From contig OZ024758.1 in NCBI GenBank assembly GCA_964016885.1, forward strand, positions 15,004,001-15,068,000: DNA of 64,000 nucleotides, given 5' to 3'. The position numbers and the translations under genes were made by a program. Below are positions 26,401 to 38,977 of this stretch, piece after piece; the first letter of the stretch is position 1, and each line of letters begins with the position of its first letter. The notes below the pieces were generated by a model that saw nothing but the letters and a program-made list of their open reading frames with translations, was not told the DNA's origin and ran no database searches. This DNA comes from Eledone cirrhosa. Taxonomy: Eukaryota.

Positions 26401-26545
26401 AGTGGGGAGACCCAAGATGACTTGGGATGAGGTGATAAAAGCCGACCTTACCCAACTACACCTCTCAAAGTCAATGACACACGACCGTGACTTCTGGCGT
26501 CACGCAGTAATACAGGGTACCCGACCTCCCATGGGTACATGCTGA
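23426..26545 (+). CDS. RTE-clade LINE polyprotein: APE endonuclease + RT with an internal Cys/His-rich (PHD-like) insert (1039 aa, uninterrupted)
   Basis: INVGSM, CVQETR, AYAPQ, AGDFNG, LDFIL; YRGIKL, QFGF, FVDLEKAFD, GVHQGSVLSP, LLYADD; insert CSVC..CPKC..HKRC..CSSC; C-terminal RLRWYGHV..GRPK typical of RTE. Confidence 0.97.
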   Translation: MNLRATKHPREAPTQRPSPTSVDKCPKLRVGTINVGSMKGRAGEIVEMLERKEVDVCCVQETRWRGGSARVLVGKSQCYKFFWVGNDDGMGGVGILLADKWVDKVISVYRVNARIIKLRLVLNKTITTIISAYAPQSGLPDELKDRFYESLIHTTALTDDKDFLIIAGDFNGHVGKHCDGFNRVHGGHGVGTRNEEGFRLLEFCDANDMSICNTNFKKPDNHLITYRSGEHSSQLDFILIRGRDRWTVVNTKAFPSEECTSQHSLVVSDLTVRTRRALKQRPTWRRKIWKLKVPSTSNRFKDILLNAYDSKEEQIETFNVEENWEFLKNNLLEATDEVCGWSKTSSRRRVTWWWNNKVDEAVKAKRQAWKEWKNGGSRVHYIETKREARRQVYLARREAEDRKFKHVLQREDQKQEVFKIARQCVRDSCDVIGEKCIRNDKGELALTSAEKKDAWKSHYDRLLNEENAWEEETLPHVDPIEGPAVQVSGSVVSKAIRDMKIGKATGPSGIAAEMLKASGSVGHTITTRIVNQVILEGAIPKDWCSSIIVNCYKGKGDALDRGNYRGIKLMDQVMKVTERVIAQLIRDRVNIDEMQFGFVPGKGTTDALFLVRQLQEKYLAKSKPLYLAFVDLEKAFDRVPRAVIWWALRKLGVDEWLVKAVQAMYRGAVSKVRIGNEYSEEFSVQVGVHQGSVLSPLLFIIVLQAITEEFKTGCPWELLYADDLALIAESMVELENKFQTWKQGLERKGLKVNMTKTKVLISRRENRTQIPSGKWPCSVCRKGVGRNSILCPKCKQWVHKRCSGISGSLIKNVGFTCSSCAETASKQPQETSTTNLWEGPVETVDSFCYLGDRISNGGGCSESTITRVRTGWKKFRELLPLLAAKGFSLRMKGRLYDACIRTAMLHGSETWALKVEDLRRLERNEACMLRWMCNSNIRERQSINELRERLSIRGIKCCVQERRLRWYGHVMRMKDDSCIKRCRALEVDGNRGVGRPKMTWDEVIKADLTQLHLSKSMTHDRDFWRHAVIQGTRPPMGTC

Positions 26546-26587
26546 AGCATATAAACAATATGCCCCCCCCCCCCCCCCCCCCCCCAC

Positions 26588-26857
26588 CGCAAGGTGGTCG
26601 TGGAGGTGCCACGGCAAAAAAGCACCCAGCCCACACTGTAAAGTGGACGTGTAGGCGCCACGAAAAAGCACCCAGCACTCACTGTAAATGAGGTTGGTGT
26701 TAGGAAGGGCATCCAGCTGTAGAAATCAAGCCAGATCAGTTCCTGTATGAGCAAGGCATGGTCAGCCGACCAGACACTGCCCACAACAGGACAACCCGTC
26801 TAACCCATGCTAGCGTGGAAGAACGGACGTAAAACGGTGATGATGATGATGATGATG
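26588..26857 (+). mobile_element. SINE-B-type body with an alternative RTE tail, directly after the RTE-2 ORF (separate truncated SINE, or RTE-2 3' UTR)
   Basis: Two subunits, the GGAAGGGCATCC block, tail CTAACCCATGCTAGCGTGGAAGAACGGACGTAAAACGG(TGA)n. Confidence 0.75.
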
Positions 26858-26896
26858 AATATTAATAAATGGAAACTATATTTATAAAACCATATT

Positions 26897-26961
26897 TATT
26901 TCATTATATATATTTCAAGGATACCAAGTTACATTATGGTATGCCTTCATCAGACAAAATA
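26897..26961 (-). ncRNA. Minimal type I hammerhead ribozyme (family H1)
   Basis: TATTTTGT-CTGATGA-AGGCATACCA/TGGTATCCTT-GAAA-TATATA-TA^-ATGAAATA; stem II differs from the 4211 copy but still pairs. Confidence 0.8.
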
Positions 26962-27158
26962 CAATATATAACCGTTTTATAAATAGACATTGACGTACCC
27001 CTTTAAAAATTGACCGTTGCTTTTGGAGGCTATCAGGCCATCGAGTGCTTTATATCAGTTATAAAAATATTTGCTTGTTGTATCCCAACAATTTAAATAA
27101 AACTTTTGCATATATATATATATACACACACACACATATATATATACATACGCACACG

Positions 27159-27192
<34 letters not shown>

Positions 27193-27235
27193 CACACACT
27201 TTTAGAGAGACATCAAGAATAGGATTATAAAATAA

Positions 27236-27471
27236 TTGTTTCTGCTTTAGGCACAAGGCCACCAATTACCCAGTGTATTACTGGTACTTTATTTTATCGA
27301 CCCCATAAGGATGAAAGGCAAAGTTAACCTCGGCTGGATTTGAACTCAGAATGTCAAGGGCCGTAACTCTATGCGTCAAAGCATGGCGTCCGACTCTCTA
27401 CCGATATTATAAAATAATTGTTTCTACTTTTGGCACAAGGCCATCAATTACCCAGTGCATTACTGGTACTT
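27236..27471 (-). mobile_element. SINE A plus partial second copy
   Basis: ATTATAAAATAA at 27224 and 27406. Confidence 0.9.
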
Positions 27472-27624
27472 TAAAATAATGTTGCCAATGTTTATTCTCT
27501 AGCTTGTTAACATATTTTATGTTGCTTCTTGAAAAAGATTAATAAATAAACGAAAAGGATGAAAAGAATTTGGAAAATAAATGTTTCAAGATGTTTTTAA
27601 GTGTGAATGTACCTCTATTGTTGT

Positions 27625-28145
27625 TACATTATTTTGTTGTTACCTTTTTTGTTGTTACATTTTTTTGTTGTTACCTTTTTGTTGTTAAATTTTTTTGTTG
27701 TTACCATATTTTGTTGTTACCATTTTTGTTGTCACCTTTTTGTTGTTACTTTTTTTGTTGTTACCATATTTTGTTGTTACCATTTTTGTTGTTACTTTTT
27801 TTGTTGTTACCTTTTTTGTTGTTAAATTTTGTTGTTGTTACCTTTTTGTTGTTACTTTTTTTGTTGTTAAATTTTGTTGTTGTTACCTTTTTTGTTGTTA
27901 AATTTTTTTGTTACTTTTTTTGTTGTTACCATTTTTGTTGCTACCCTTTTTTGTTGTTACCATTTTTGTTGCTACCTTTTTCGTTGTTACCATTTTTGTT
28001 GTTAAATTTTTTTGTTGTTACCTTTTTTGATGTTAAATTTTGTTGTTGTTACCTTTTTTGTTGCTACCTTTTTTGTTGTTACCTTTTTTGTTGTTACCTT
28101 TTTTGATGTTAAATTTTGTTGTTGTTACCTTTTTTGTTGTTGTTC
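27625..28145. repeat. About 15-bp degenerate repeat TTTTTGTTGTTAC
   Basis: Direct reading. Confidence 0.9.
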
Positions 28146-28615
28146 TTGTTTGTTTTTTTGTTATTCTTGTCTGTTTTTTGTTGTTGTTTTTTTAACATAT
28201 GAGGTTCGGTTGAAAGGTTCATAGGCTGATTATGAAGGAGTGATGCTAGAACTGTGAAACCTTGTTTGTTGAAGACCAGCAGTCGCCCATGTCTATGTAT
28301 ACCAGTCTCCCTTCTCCACGCTACTAATGTTGTCCAAGGGAAAGGTAATGGCTGATACAGCTTGACACCAGTGGCATTGCAACTCATATATACACTATAT
28401 ACATACTATACATTGTCTATATATATATACACTATATACATGCTATACATTGTCTATATATACACTATATACATGCTATACATTGTCTATATATACACTA
28501 TATACATACTATACATTGTCTATATATATATACACTATATACATACTATACATTGTCTATATATATATACACTATATACATCGATTATATATACACTATA
28601 TATACACTATGTATA

Positions 28616-28945
28616 TAATGTTGTCCAAGGGAAAGGCAATGACTGATACAGCTTGGCACCAGTGACATTGCAACTCATATATATACATTATATATACACT
28701 ATGTATATAATGTTGTCCAAGGGAAAGGCAATGGCTGATACAGCTTGGCACCAGTGACATCGCAACTCATATATATACATTATATATACACTATGTATAT
28801 AATGTTGTCCAAGGGAAAGGCAATGACCGATACAGCTTGGCACCAGTGACATCGCAACTCATATATATACATTATATATACACTATGTATATAATGTTGT
28901 CCAAGGGAAAGGCAATGGCCGATACAGCTTGGCACCAGTGACATT
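28616..28945. repeat. 92-bp tandem of a SINE segment plus TA-rich linker
   Basis: TAATGTTGTCC at 28616, 28708, 28800, 28892; the SINE continues at 28960-29090. Confidence 0.9.
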
Positions 28946-29368
28946 GTGACATCGTGACATCTACAGCTGAGTAAACTGGGGCAACATGAAATAAAGTGTC
29001 TTGCTCAAAGACAAGCCATCACCTGGTCTGAGAATCAAACTCACAACATCACAATTGTAAGCCCAATGCTCTAACCACTAAGCCATGTGCATGCATGCAT
29101 GCCCTCACACACTGCAAGCAGTGCATTGAGCTAGCGCTTATCCCGGTTTCATGGCGTGAAGTAACTGAGAGTACAAGACTTCTCCCTGGACAAGACACCA
29201 GTCCATCGCAGGTTTAAACAATGGCATTGCAACTCATATATACATTATATACATACTATACATTATCAGGACGCCAGTCCATCGCAGGTTTAAACCCCCC
29301 AGCTATTGCTGGTACTCATTTTCAGCTGAATGAATATACTGGAACAACGGGAAATGAAGTGTCTTGCT

Positions 29369-29892
29369 GAAGAACACAACACGCAACCCAGCCCAGTCCA
29401 GGAATCAAATTCACAACATTACGATCGTAAATCCAACACCCTTACCACTAGGCTACATTATTCTACTAAGCCATGTTCCTTCACCAAATATTGTTCATGG
29501 AAGAACACAACACGCAACCCAGCCCAGTCCAGGAATCAAACTCACAACATTACGATCGTAAGTCCAACACCCTTACCACAAGGCTACATTCTTCTACTAA
29601 GCCATGTTCCTTCACCAAATATTGTTCATGGAAGAACACAACACGCAACCCAGCCCAGTCCAGGAATCAAACTCACAACATTACGATCGTAAATCCAACA
29701 CCCTTACCACTAGGCTACATTCTTCTACTAAGCCATGTTCCTTCACCAAATATTGTTCATGGAAGAACACAACACGCAACCCAGCCCAGTCCAGGAATCA
29801 AACTCACAACATTACGATCGTAAATCCAACACCCTTACCACTAGGCTACATTCTTCTACTAAGCCATGTTCCTTCACCAAATATTGTTCATG
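29369..29892 (-). repeat. 131-bp tandem of a SINE tRNA head plus flank (4 units)
   Basis: Units at 29369, 29500, 29631, 29762. Confidence 0.95.
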
Positions 29893-30577
29893 TTGACTAA
29901 TTAAAGCATGAGTTAAGAAGATCTTCTCTAAAGATGCTGTGCCAAATTGGCAACAGTTGTGATAAAGAATGCCAAGTTTTATTAAATCCCTTCATGTTGA
30001 GATTCACATGTAATCTGTAATATACTTTTGTACAGTCTCGCTACTGTCATGTAATTTACCTGCATCTGATATTTCACAATAAACCAGTTATACTTTTAAT
30101 ATTTCTTACCAGCCACAGGAATCTGTTCAAATCTAACTTAAGACTTAACTCTTATTCTCTCTCACACCCTCCCTCTCTCTCTCTCTCTCTCTCTCACACC
30201 CTCCCCTTCTCTCTCTCTCTCTCACACCCTCCCCTTCTCTCTCTCTATCTCTCTCACACCCTCCCTCTCTCTCTCTATCCCTCTCTCTCTATCTCTCTCA
30301 CACCCTCCCTCTATCTCTCTCTCTCACACCCTCCCCCTCTCTCTCTCATTCTTTATCCCACCTCTTCCATCCCTCTCTCTCTCACCCCTCTCTCTCCCTC
30401 TCTCCACCACTCTCCCTCTCTCTCTCAGGCTTCCACCCTGTCACAACGCCCTCCCTCTCAGTCGTCCACTCTGTCACAATCTCCCTCCCTAAGGTTTCTC
30501 TATACATGATATTAGATCATCCTTCTTCTGGTTAGTTAAGAAATTTTCATCTGCACATAATTTCTGCACCCACACAC

Positions 30578-30652
<75 letters not shown>

Positions 30653-30698
30653 TGTGTCTGCATGTATATATGTATATATATGAATGTATATGTGTATG

Positions 30699-30742
<44 letters not shown>

Positions 30743-30774
30743 TATATATATGTATATATATATATATATATATA

Positions 30775-30884
<110 letters not shown>

Positions 30885-31024
30885 CACATACATATACATG
30901 CACACACACACACTGATGATGATAAACATGCATATATACACATATATGTACATGCACACACACAGACATATACATATACATATATATATATATGTACATG
31001 CACACACACACACACACACACATA

Positions 31025-31080
<56 letters not shown>

Positions 31081-31677
31081 TGTACATGCACACACACATA
31101 TTTACATATATATATATGTACATGCACACACACACATATACATATATATACATATATATATATATATATGTACATGCACACACACACATATACATATATA
31201 TACATATATATATATATATATGTACATGCACATACACATATATACATACATATATATATCATTATTTTGCATCTGCCTTCCTTGTTGGCATGTGTTAAAC
31301 AGTCATTCAAGTTTAACATAATTTCTATTCACCTCTATCCACTCCCCATTATCTATCTTCTTTTAAGGAAAATTTGACGAAGAATCCAAATAGAAGAGAG
31401 TAAAGATCATGGTGTATGAATCTGAGACCTACAGATAATAAGTCAATTATTTCTGGTGTTTAACTCCACATCAACCTTGATTAACCCTTTCGTTACCATA
31501 TTTCTAATAAACCTCATTTGGTCATTCCATGAGAGTATCTTGGTTAGCCTATGAACTTTGCAACTGACACTTTTATATGTGTATGTGTGTACATATATAT
31601 ATATATCAGCATCATCATTTTACGTCCGCTTCTCCCTGCTTGCCAAACATCACATCAATAAACTAGTAACCCCATCT

Positions 31678-32142
31678 AGCTTTGAAGCTATGAACTGTTG
31701 GAAAAGAATTCATAACTTTGAAGCTATGAACTATTGGAAAAGAGTTCATAACTTTGAAGTTATGAACTGTTGAAAAGAGTTCATAACTTTGAAGCTATGA
31801 ACTGTTGGAAACAATTTCATAACTTTGAAGTTATGAACTGTTGGAAAAGAGTTCATAACTTTGAAGTTATGAACTGTTGGAAAAGAGTTCATAACTTTGA
31901 AGCTATGAACTGTTGGAAACAATTTCATAACTTTGAAGTTATGAACTGTTGGAAAAGAGTTCATAACTTTGAAGTTATGAACTGTTGGAAAAGAGTTCAT
32001 AACTTTGAAGCTATGAACTGTTGGAAAAGAGTTCATAACTTTGAAGTTATGAACTGTTGGAAAAGAGTTCATAATTTTAAGCTATGAACTGTTGGAAAAG
32101 AGTTCATAACTTTGAAGCTATGAACTGTTGGAAAAGAGTTCA
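31678..32142. repeat. 36-bp minisatellite with internal hairpin (about 13 units)
   Basis: GTTATGAACT-GTTGGAAAAG-AGTTCATAAC-TTTGAA. Confidence 0.95.
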
Positions 32143-33431
32143 AACATGTTAGGATAAGTTATCTCATCTACGACACTGAAGAGTTTAAATCGTTTCACTC
32201 TACTTCCAAAGAGACAATGGGTAATGGTACATTCTGTCTTGAAATAATGATTCTTTAAATCCTGGATAATGGTATGTCTGGCATTGAATTAACGTTTCTT
32301 CAAAATGCTTCAATCTAAAAAGATTAGGTAATGCTATGTCCAGTATTGAAATAACATTTGTTTCAAAATATATAAATAGGAAATCATAAGAAGTAACAAT
32401 ATATAAAGCTATGTCCTATAATGAAATAACATTTCTTTAAATCGTTTTTATCTCTTTGAAATAATGTACCTTTAAATCGTAGAAAACTCTATGTCCAGTA
32501 CTGAAATAAAGCTTCTTTCAATTTACTCTACTCTATTTTGGGGGCAACAATATACATCTGTGTGTCTTGTAGTGAAATAATGTTTCTTTAAATGGTTTCT
32601 ATCTCTTTGGAATAATGTATATATTTTTAAGTCTTAGTATGCTAGAAAATTAAAACTTTCAGATTAGAGAGTTCCAATATTAGAGAGATCGATAACAGGA
32701 CTGTCATCATCAACATCATCACCCTCATCATCATCACCATCACCACCACCACCACCATCATCATTATCACCACCATCACCACCACCATCATCATCACCAC
32801 AACCATCACCACCATCACCACCACCACCCTCACCACCACCACCACCATCATCATTATTATCACCTCCACCATCACCACCACCACCATCATCATCACCATC
32901 ATCACCACCATCACCACCATCACCACCACCACCACCACCACCACCACCATCACCATTACCATCACCACCACCACCATCACCACCACCACCACCACCACCA
33001 CCGTTTAACGCCCATTTTTTTCACGCTAACATAGGTTAGACTGTATATATTGAAATCTAATATAATACAAGGTTCGGCTGAAAATTTCAGAGGCTGACTA
33101 TAAAGGATTGATGCTAGAGCTTTGAAATCTTGCATGCATTAATTTCAACTCTTCTTATCTTTGGAGTCTCTTATGTACTCATATGTATGTATATATATAG
33201 CAGGTCCGAACACAAAGGAACCAAACTCCCACTGCCTCTGTCTCGTTTACTCTCCCCATCTCTCACTATTGTGAGCCCCAGCAGACAGAATAGAGAAGAT
33301 GTTTCCTTGGATGATGGTGAGGGAGAGACGCTGGGCTTTCACCTGCAGGGAGACAACTCTGTGGTGGTGAGCGGGGGAGGTGGTCTTAAGGCTAAGGACA
33401 CCACAACTGCATAATAATAATAATAATAATA

Positions 33432-33957
33432 ATTGTTTCTACTTTTGGCACAAGGCCAGCAATTTTCCCAGTGTATTACTGGTATTATTTATTTTATCAA
33501 CCCCGTAAGGATGAAATGAAAGGCAAAGTTAACCTCGGCGAGATTTGAACTCAGACAATAAAGGGCCGTAATTCTTTGCTTGCAAAGAATGGCATCTGAC
33601 CCTCTACTGATACTGCCAATCCACCGAAAAATAATAATGAAATTATTGTGTACAGTGCTCAGGTGCACTACAACTCATCAAAGGTGCATGTATAGTACAT
33701 AGAATAATTGTTTCTACTTTTGGCACAAGGCCAGTAATCACCCCAGTGCATTACTGGTACTTTGTTTTAACAAAGGATGAAAGGCAAAGTTAACCTCGGC
33801 GCGATTTGAAATCAGAATTGCAAGGGCCGTAACTCTATGCGTCAAAGCATGGCGTCCGACCCTCTACCGATACTGCCAATCCACCCTTAGTACATAGAAT
33901 AATTGTTTCTACTTTAGGCACAAGGCCAGCAATTACTCAGTGCATTACTGGTACTTA
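33432..33957 (-). mobile_element. SINE A cluster (33432-33626, 33708-33887, partial 33903-33957)
   Basis: Family A consensus; TAGTACATAGAATAA duplicated at about 33693 and 33888. Confidence 0.9.
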
Positions 33958-34217
33958 TGTTCAAATGTCAGGATTATGAACAGTGTACGAGTCATGAAAT
34001 ACATGTGTGGGTGTGTATGGAGCGGGGGAGATATCAGGTGTAGTGTTGGTGAATCTCAGGAAGCATTGTTTCTTTCCAGAGACTATGTTGAAAAATAAAT
34101 AATTAGGTCATCCCATGAGAGTATCTTGGTCAGCCTGTGAACATAGAGAGTAGAGGAAAAAAACATTAAATAGAATGGTATATTTGCTGCTGCTGCTGCT
34201 GCTGCTTAGTTCTAGAC

Positions 34218-34548
34218 CAGTGTTTCCCTACCTATGGCCACATGGCTTAAATGGACCATGGCAAATTTCAGGTGGGCCACAGAAATTTTATCATTTTTAC
34301 TGGGTCACCGGGCTAATATGTGGGTCTGAGCTTATTGAATGGTCCATAGAGCTTTTATTGACTACCAGTCAATATTTTAGATGCTTGTGAAATTGTGTGT
34401 GTCCAATAAATAGACATAGTTCTATCTTTATTGGGTATATTCTATGTAAAATGGAGGTAATTTTTTACACTATAATAATTTCATGAGCCACAGAAAAGTT
34501 TTGGGTTCAAAGTGTGCCATAAGCTAAAAAAAAGGTTTGGAAACATTG
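34218..34548. mobile_element. hAT-Charlie-type MITE
   Basis: TIR CAGTGTTTCC/GGAAACATTG; flanks TTCTAGAC / CTCTAGAT (NTCTAGAN target). Confidence 0.75.
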
Positions 34549-35345
34549 CTCTAGATAAACCTTGGTTGAGCAGACCTGTGATCAAAGGTATTTGAGTCGT
34601 GGTGACCCTCCTGTCTTTTCTGGGGGATACAAAACTACATTATCTAATCTATCTCATTCCTTTTAAGCTTTTAGCATTTAAACCGACCGTATGCGGCTAG
34701 AATTCTCTCACCTCTTTCTATGCAAACCAGCTGTAACCTGCCACTCTTACTGATGTTAAGGGATTATTCACAAAATAAATATGATCAAAATGTCATAGAT
34801 TCAATATTATGTGAGGTAAAGCCTTTACCGTGAAAATACAATAGCAAATATAGAATAATGTAAATGCCAAAGGGTTAAAGATATAGTTGTGTTTTTTGCT
34901 TTTGTTTATTTTTTTATTTTTAGGGAAATTCATAAACTATTTCTAGTACCTTGAGTGGCCATATTTGTTACAATGGCTGCTGGTAAATACGACAGATCTC
35001 ATTTCTTTGTTACTTCTTTTTTTCTATTTTTCTGTTTTTGTATTTATCTGAGAGGAGTGGACATAATAATGCATTAATAGCTGAAAGATAAACTGACTGG
35101 GGAAATGTTATTAGACTTCTGTTACCAAATAATCAAGGTCAAACAGATGATAGCAGTAACAATGTTGTGCTGTTTTACCCCAGTGGTTTTGAGTGACAGC
35201 AGAAGACAAAACTCGCAGTGATCTCTTTTTTTTAAAAATGTAGCTGTGTTTACTGAGGGATAACTAATAGTAAAAGCAAAGAATTTCATTCCATCATGCT
35301 CCAGTATACTCAGCTGAAAATGAGTGCCAGCAATAGCTGTAGGTT

Positions 35346-35559
35346 TAACCCTTTAGCATTTAAGCTAGCCATATCCAGCCAGAATTTTCTCACCCCTTTC
35401 TACTCAAACCAGTCGTAACTGGCCACTCATACTTATGTTAAGGTATTGGTCACAAAATAAATAATATCAAAATTTCATAGATTTGATATTACATGAGGTA
35501 AAGCCTATACCACGAAAATACAATACTATATACAGAGTAATGTGAATGCTAAAGGGTTA
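35346..35559. mobile_element. piggyBac-type MITE inserted in SINE C
   Basis: TTAA-CCCTTTAGCATT...AATGCTAAAGGG-TTAA; the host SINE resumes either side of the duplicated TTAA. Confidence 0.88.
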
Positions 35560-36045
35560 ATGCTGCAATGGACTGGTGTCCTGTCCAGGAAAGGTGGGGG
35601 AGAGTCTTGTGCTCTCAGTTGCTTAACACCAAGGAAACCGAGATAAGCACTGGGCTGCTGAGCCTCCAGGCTTGGAAAAAGGGACAGACTTCTTCATAGA
35701 GCTGTCATCCTTTTTATACATTACATACCTATCTCAGCACAGTCTTCTCTTTTGTATATTTATATTGCATCTGATCTCTCTTGTACCCAGTTTTCATTAA
35801 TACTGTATTGCTCATATCCTCTAATATTATGATTCCAGCAGAGAATGATTGCTTTAGTTTTTTCTTCCTGTCTTTATGAATCTTCTGCTTTCAAAGTCCA
35901 CTCTCACACCCATGCAGCATTATACTTTGTACTCCAGTAGATATAATCAATAGAATGTCTTTTATAAATAAAAATATCATCAAATTTAAATATGAATATG
36001 TCGTACATTAGAAAAATGTTTTCTGTAAACATATATATAGTTATT

Positions 36046-36435
36046 CATCATCATCATTTTACATCCGCTTTTCCCTGCTTGCAAGGGTGGGATGGGTCTT
36101 ATTCAGCACAGCATCTCTCCACTCGTCACGGTCCTTCGTCATCTCCACCGTGAGCTTCAGCGATCTGAGGTCTGTTCTCACCACCTCCGCCCATGTTTTT
36201 TGTGGTCTATCTCTACCACGTCTTCCCTCAACTGGCATTTCCTGGCACTTCTTCACCCATCGGTCATCCTCCATGCGCATCACATGTCCATACCACCTCA
36301 GTCTCCTCTCTCGCACACTACATTCTATCCCTCTCAGACACAGTTTCTTTCTCAACACATTCATGCTGGGTCATTCACGCACATTGACATTGCACATCCA
36401 ACGGAGCATGCTTGCTTCATTTCTCTCCAGCCGTT
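36046..36435 (-). pseudogene. 5'-truncated RTE LINE (RTE-3) with intact 3' tail
   Basis: RERRLRWYGHVMRMEDDRWVKKC..RPQKTWAEVV; tail CCCACCCTTGCAAGCAGGGAAAAGCGGATGTAAAA(TGA)n. Confidence 0.9.
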
Positions 36436-36451
36436 GTTTGAGATATTTTCT

Positions 36452-36680
36452 TTAACCCTTCAATATTTACATTACTCTATATTTACTAGTGTATTTTCAT
36501 AGTAAACACTTTATCCCACATAATTATCTCACATAATATCGAATCTATGAGATTTTGATGTTATTTATTTTGAGAACAATACTTTAACATTAGTATGAGC
36601 GTCCAGTTACATCCGGTTTGAACAAAAAGAGGTGAGAGAATTCTGGCCGGATACGGCTGGTTTAAATGTTAAAGGGTTAA
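36452..36680. mobile_element. piggyBac-type MITE, same family (also 34663-34878, 36920-37147, 45753-45931, partial 62423-62550)
   Basis: TTAA-CCCTT ends and shared internal sequence. Confidence 0.82.
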
Positions 36681-36684
36681 ATAA

Positions 36685-36915
36685 TGTTGTAGGTTCGATT
36701 CCTGGACTGGGTTGTGTGTTGTGTTCTTGGGCAAAACACTTCATTTCACATTGCTCCAGTATACTCAGCTGAAAATGAGTACCAGAGATAGCTGGGGATT
36801 TAACCCTGTGATGGACTGGTATCCTTTCCAGGGTGGGGGAGTCTTGTACTCTCAGTCACCACAGAAACCAGGATAGCACTGTCTTGATGAACCTCTGAGC
36901 TCGAGACAGATTTAA
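36685..36915 (+). mobile_element. CORE-like SINE family C with a V-domain-like block (also 29130-29390 minus, 35280-35690, 47455-47598 minus)
   Basis: CORE-like block followed by CCTG(C/T)GATGGACTGG..TCCAGGG..GTACTCTCAG. Confidence 0.7.
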
Positions 36916-37680
36916 GACTTTAACCCTTTAGTATTTACATTACTCTATATTTACTATTGTATTTTCATGGTAAAGGCTTTATCTCACATAATTATCTCAC
37001 ATAATATTGAATCTATGAGATTTTGATGTTATTTATTTTGAGAACAATACTTTAACATCAGTATGAACAGCTGGTTATGGCCGGTTTGAACAGAAAGAGG
37101 TGAAAGAATTCTGGCTGGATAAAGCCAGTTTAAATACTAAAGGATTAAATATGGAGACTCGAGGGAGATTCGGCTGCTATTTCTAGCAGGTAGTTTTAGT
37201 GACCATGTAGAGGCTCCATCATTACCTGGAATTAGGAAAGTTGTTAAGATAACAAATAGCAGATAAAACACAATGTATATCTTTACTTTTCTTTCTTCAT
37301 TATTTTATTTTATTTTATTTTTTTTACAAATGAAAGAAAAAAAAAAACATCATTATTCTTTTAATATTGATTTTTTGTTCCTGAAGGTATTGTAAGTTTT
37401 ATGGCTTCGTTAATATGTCTGATTGATCAGTTAATACCAAGTGCGAGGATGCAGACCGAAATAAACTGAATTTAAAAGTTTACTGCTCTTTTAGAAGAGC
37501 TTCTAATTCAATGAAGAAAAAAAGATATTGTTTGAATATTCTTTTGAAAAAAAAATCAGTTGGAAACTATGTCTCAATAAAATTAAGTTTATAGTCTTGA
37601 TTAGTAGAAAATTTATCTATATCATCATCATCATCATCATCATTTCATTTTACGGCTGCTTTACCCTGCTTGCAAGGAAA

Positions 37681-37711
<31 letters not shown>

Positions 37712-37843
37712 TGTATATATGAAAAGAATCAGGTAGGTTCTCCCCCAAAAATGTATACATACTTCAACATTGTAATCAAAGTGTATATACATTTTTTGGA
37801 ACACCCTGTAAATAAATAAATATATATATATATATATATATAA

Positions 37844-37934
<91 letters not shown>

Positions 37935-37998
37935 TATATATGTGTGTGTGTGTGTATATATGTATATATATATGTGTGTGTGTATATATATGTATGTG

Positions 37999-38047
<49 letters not shown>

Positions 38048-38789
38048 ATATATATATGTGTGTGTGTATATATATATATGTGTGTGTGAGTGTATATATA
38101 TATGTGTGTGTGTATATATATGTGTGTGACTATATATATATATATTTTTTTTTTGTGTGTGTATGTATATATATATATGTGTGTGTGAGTGTATATATTT
38201 ATATATGTGTGTGTGTATATATATATATATGTGTGTGTATATATATCTATATATATATATAAACATGAAAAAAAACTGTTTGATAGTAGATGTCTTATAT
38301 ATTGAATAGATTGTGAATAGATTGTTAAGCAGACCTCTGCACACTTCTACCAATATACTGTATAGAGTTCCATCTTGTATTTGATGATATTTATTTTGGA
38401 TTTTCCTGATTATAACAGACAGCAACACCTCATGCTTAGTTAAACCAATGATAGATGGATGTTTCTCTCTTTTCAAAATATCAAGCAATATCTTAAGATT
38501 TTCAAGCAAGGCTAAGTTTCTAGCTTTTACAGAACTCAATGAAATTGAATTGTACATTGATCCTTGAAATAAAGTGTACTTTCCTTAGTTGTCAAACTTT
38601 TTGCCCCGACCCCCGTCCCCCATCCCCTCACGGACACGTAATATCCTCAGTACCCCCCAACTCCACCCCTATTTCTAGAGATTCGCCAACATTACACCTG
38701 ATGTCTCCCCTCCATACACACGCACACATGTATTTCATGACTCGTACACTGTACATAATCCTCACATTTGAACATTATTCTATGTACTA

Positions 38790-38977
38790 AGGGCGGTGGA
38801 TTGGCAGTATCGGTAGAGGGTCGGACGCCATGTTTTCCAGCATAGTTACGTCCCTTTACGATCTGAGTTCAAATCCCGCCGAGGTTGACTTTGCCTTTCA
38901 TCCTTACGGGGTCGATAAAATAAAGTACCAGTAATGCACTGGGTAATTGCTGGCCTTGTGCCTAAAGTAGAAACAAT
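38790..38977 (+). mobile_element. tRNA-derived SINE family A, full copy (about 190 bp)
   Basis: A-box-like TGGCAGTATCGG, B box GAGTTCAAATCC, core GCCTTTCATCCTTACGGGGTCGATAAA, tail GTAGAAACAA(TTA); flanked by TTATTCTATGTACTA. Confidence 0.9.

Noticed and set aside
31678-32142. CRISPR-like 36-bp palindromic repeat
   Set aside because: Units are contiguous with no unique spacers, there are no cas genes, and the context is eukaryotic.
33130-33414. Unique, GC-richer 94-aa ORF as a host exon
   Set aside because: No recognisable domain or clear splice sites; sits among repeats.
37790-37810. Tc1/mariner-like end TTTTGGAACACCCTGTA (also at 47227; other ends at 28198 and 33066)
   Set aside because: Only single ends are visible and no paired TIR, so elements cannot be delimited.
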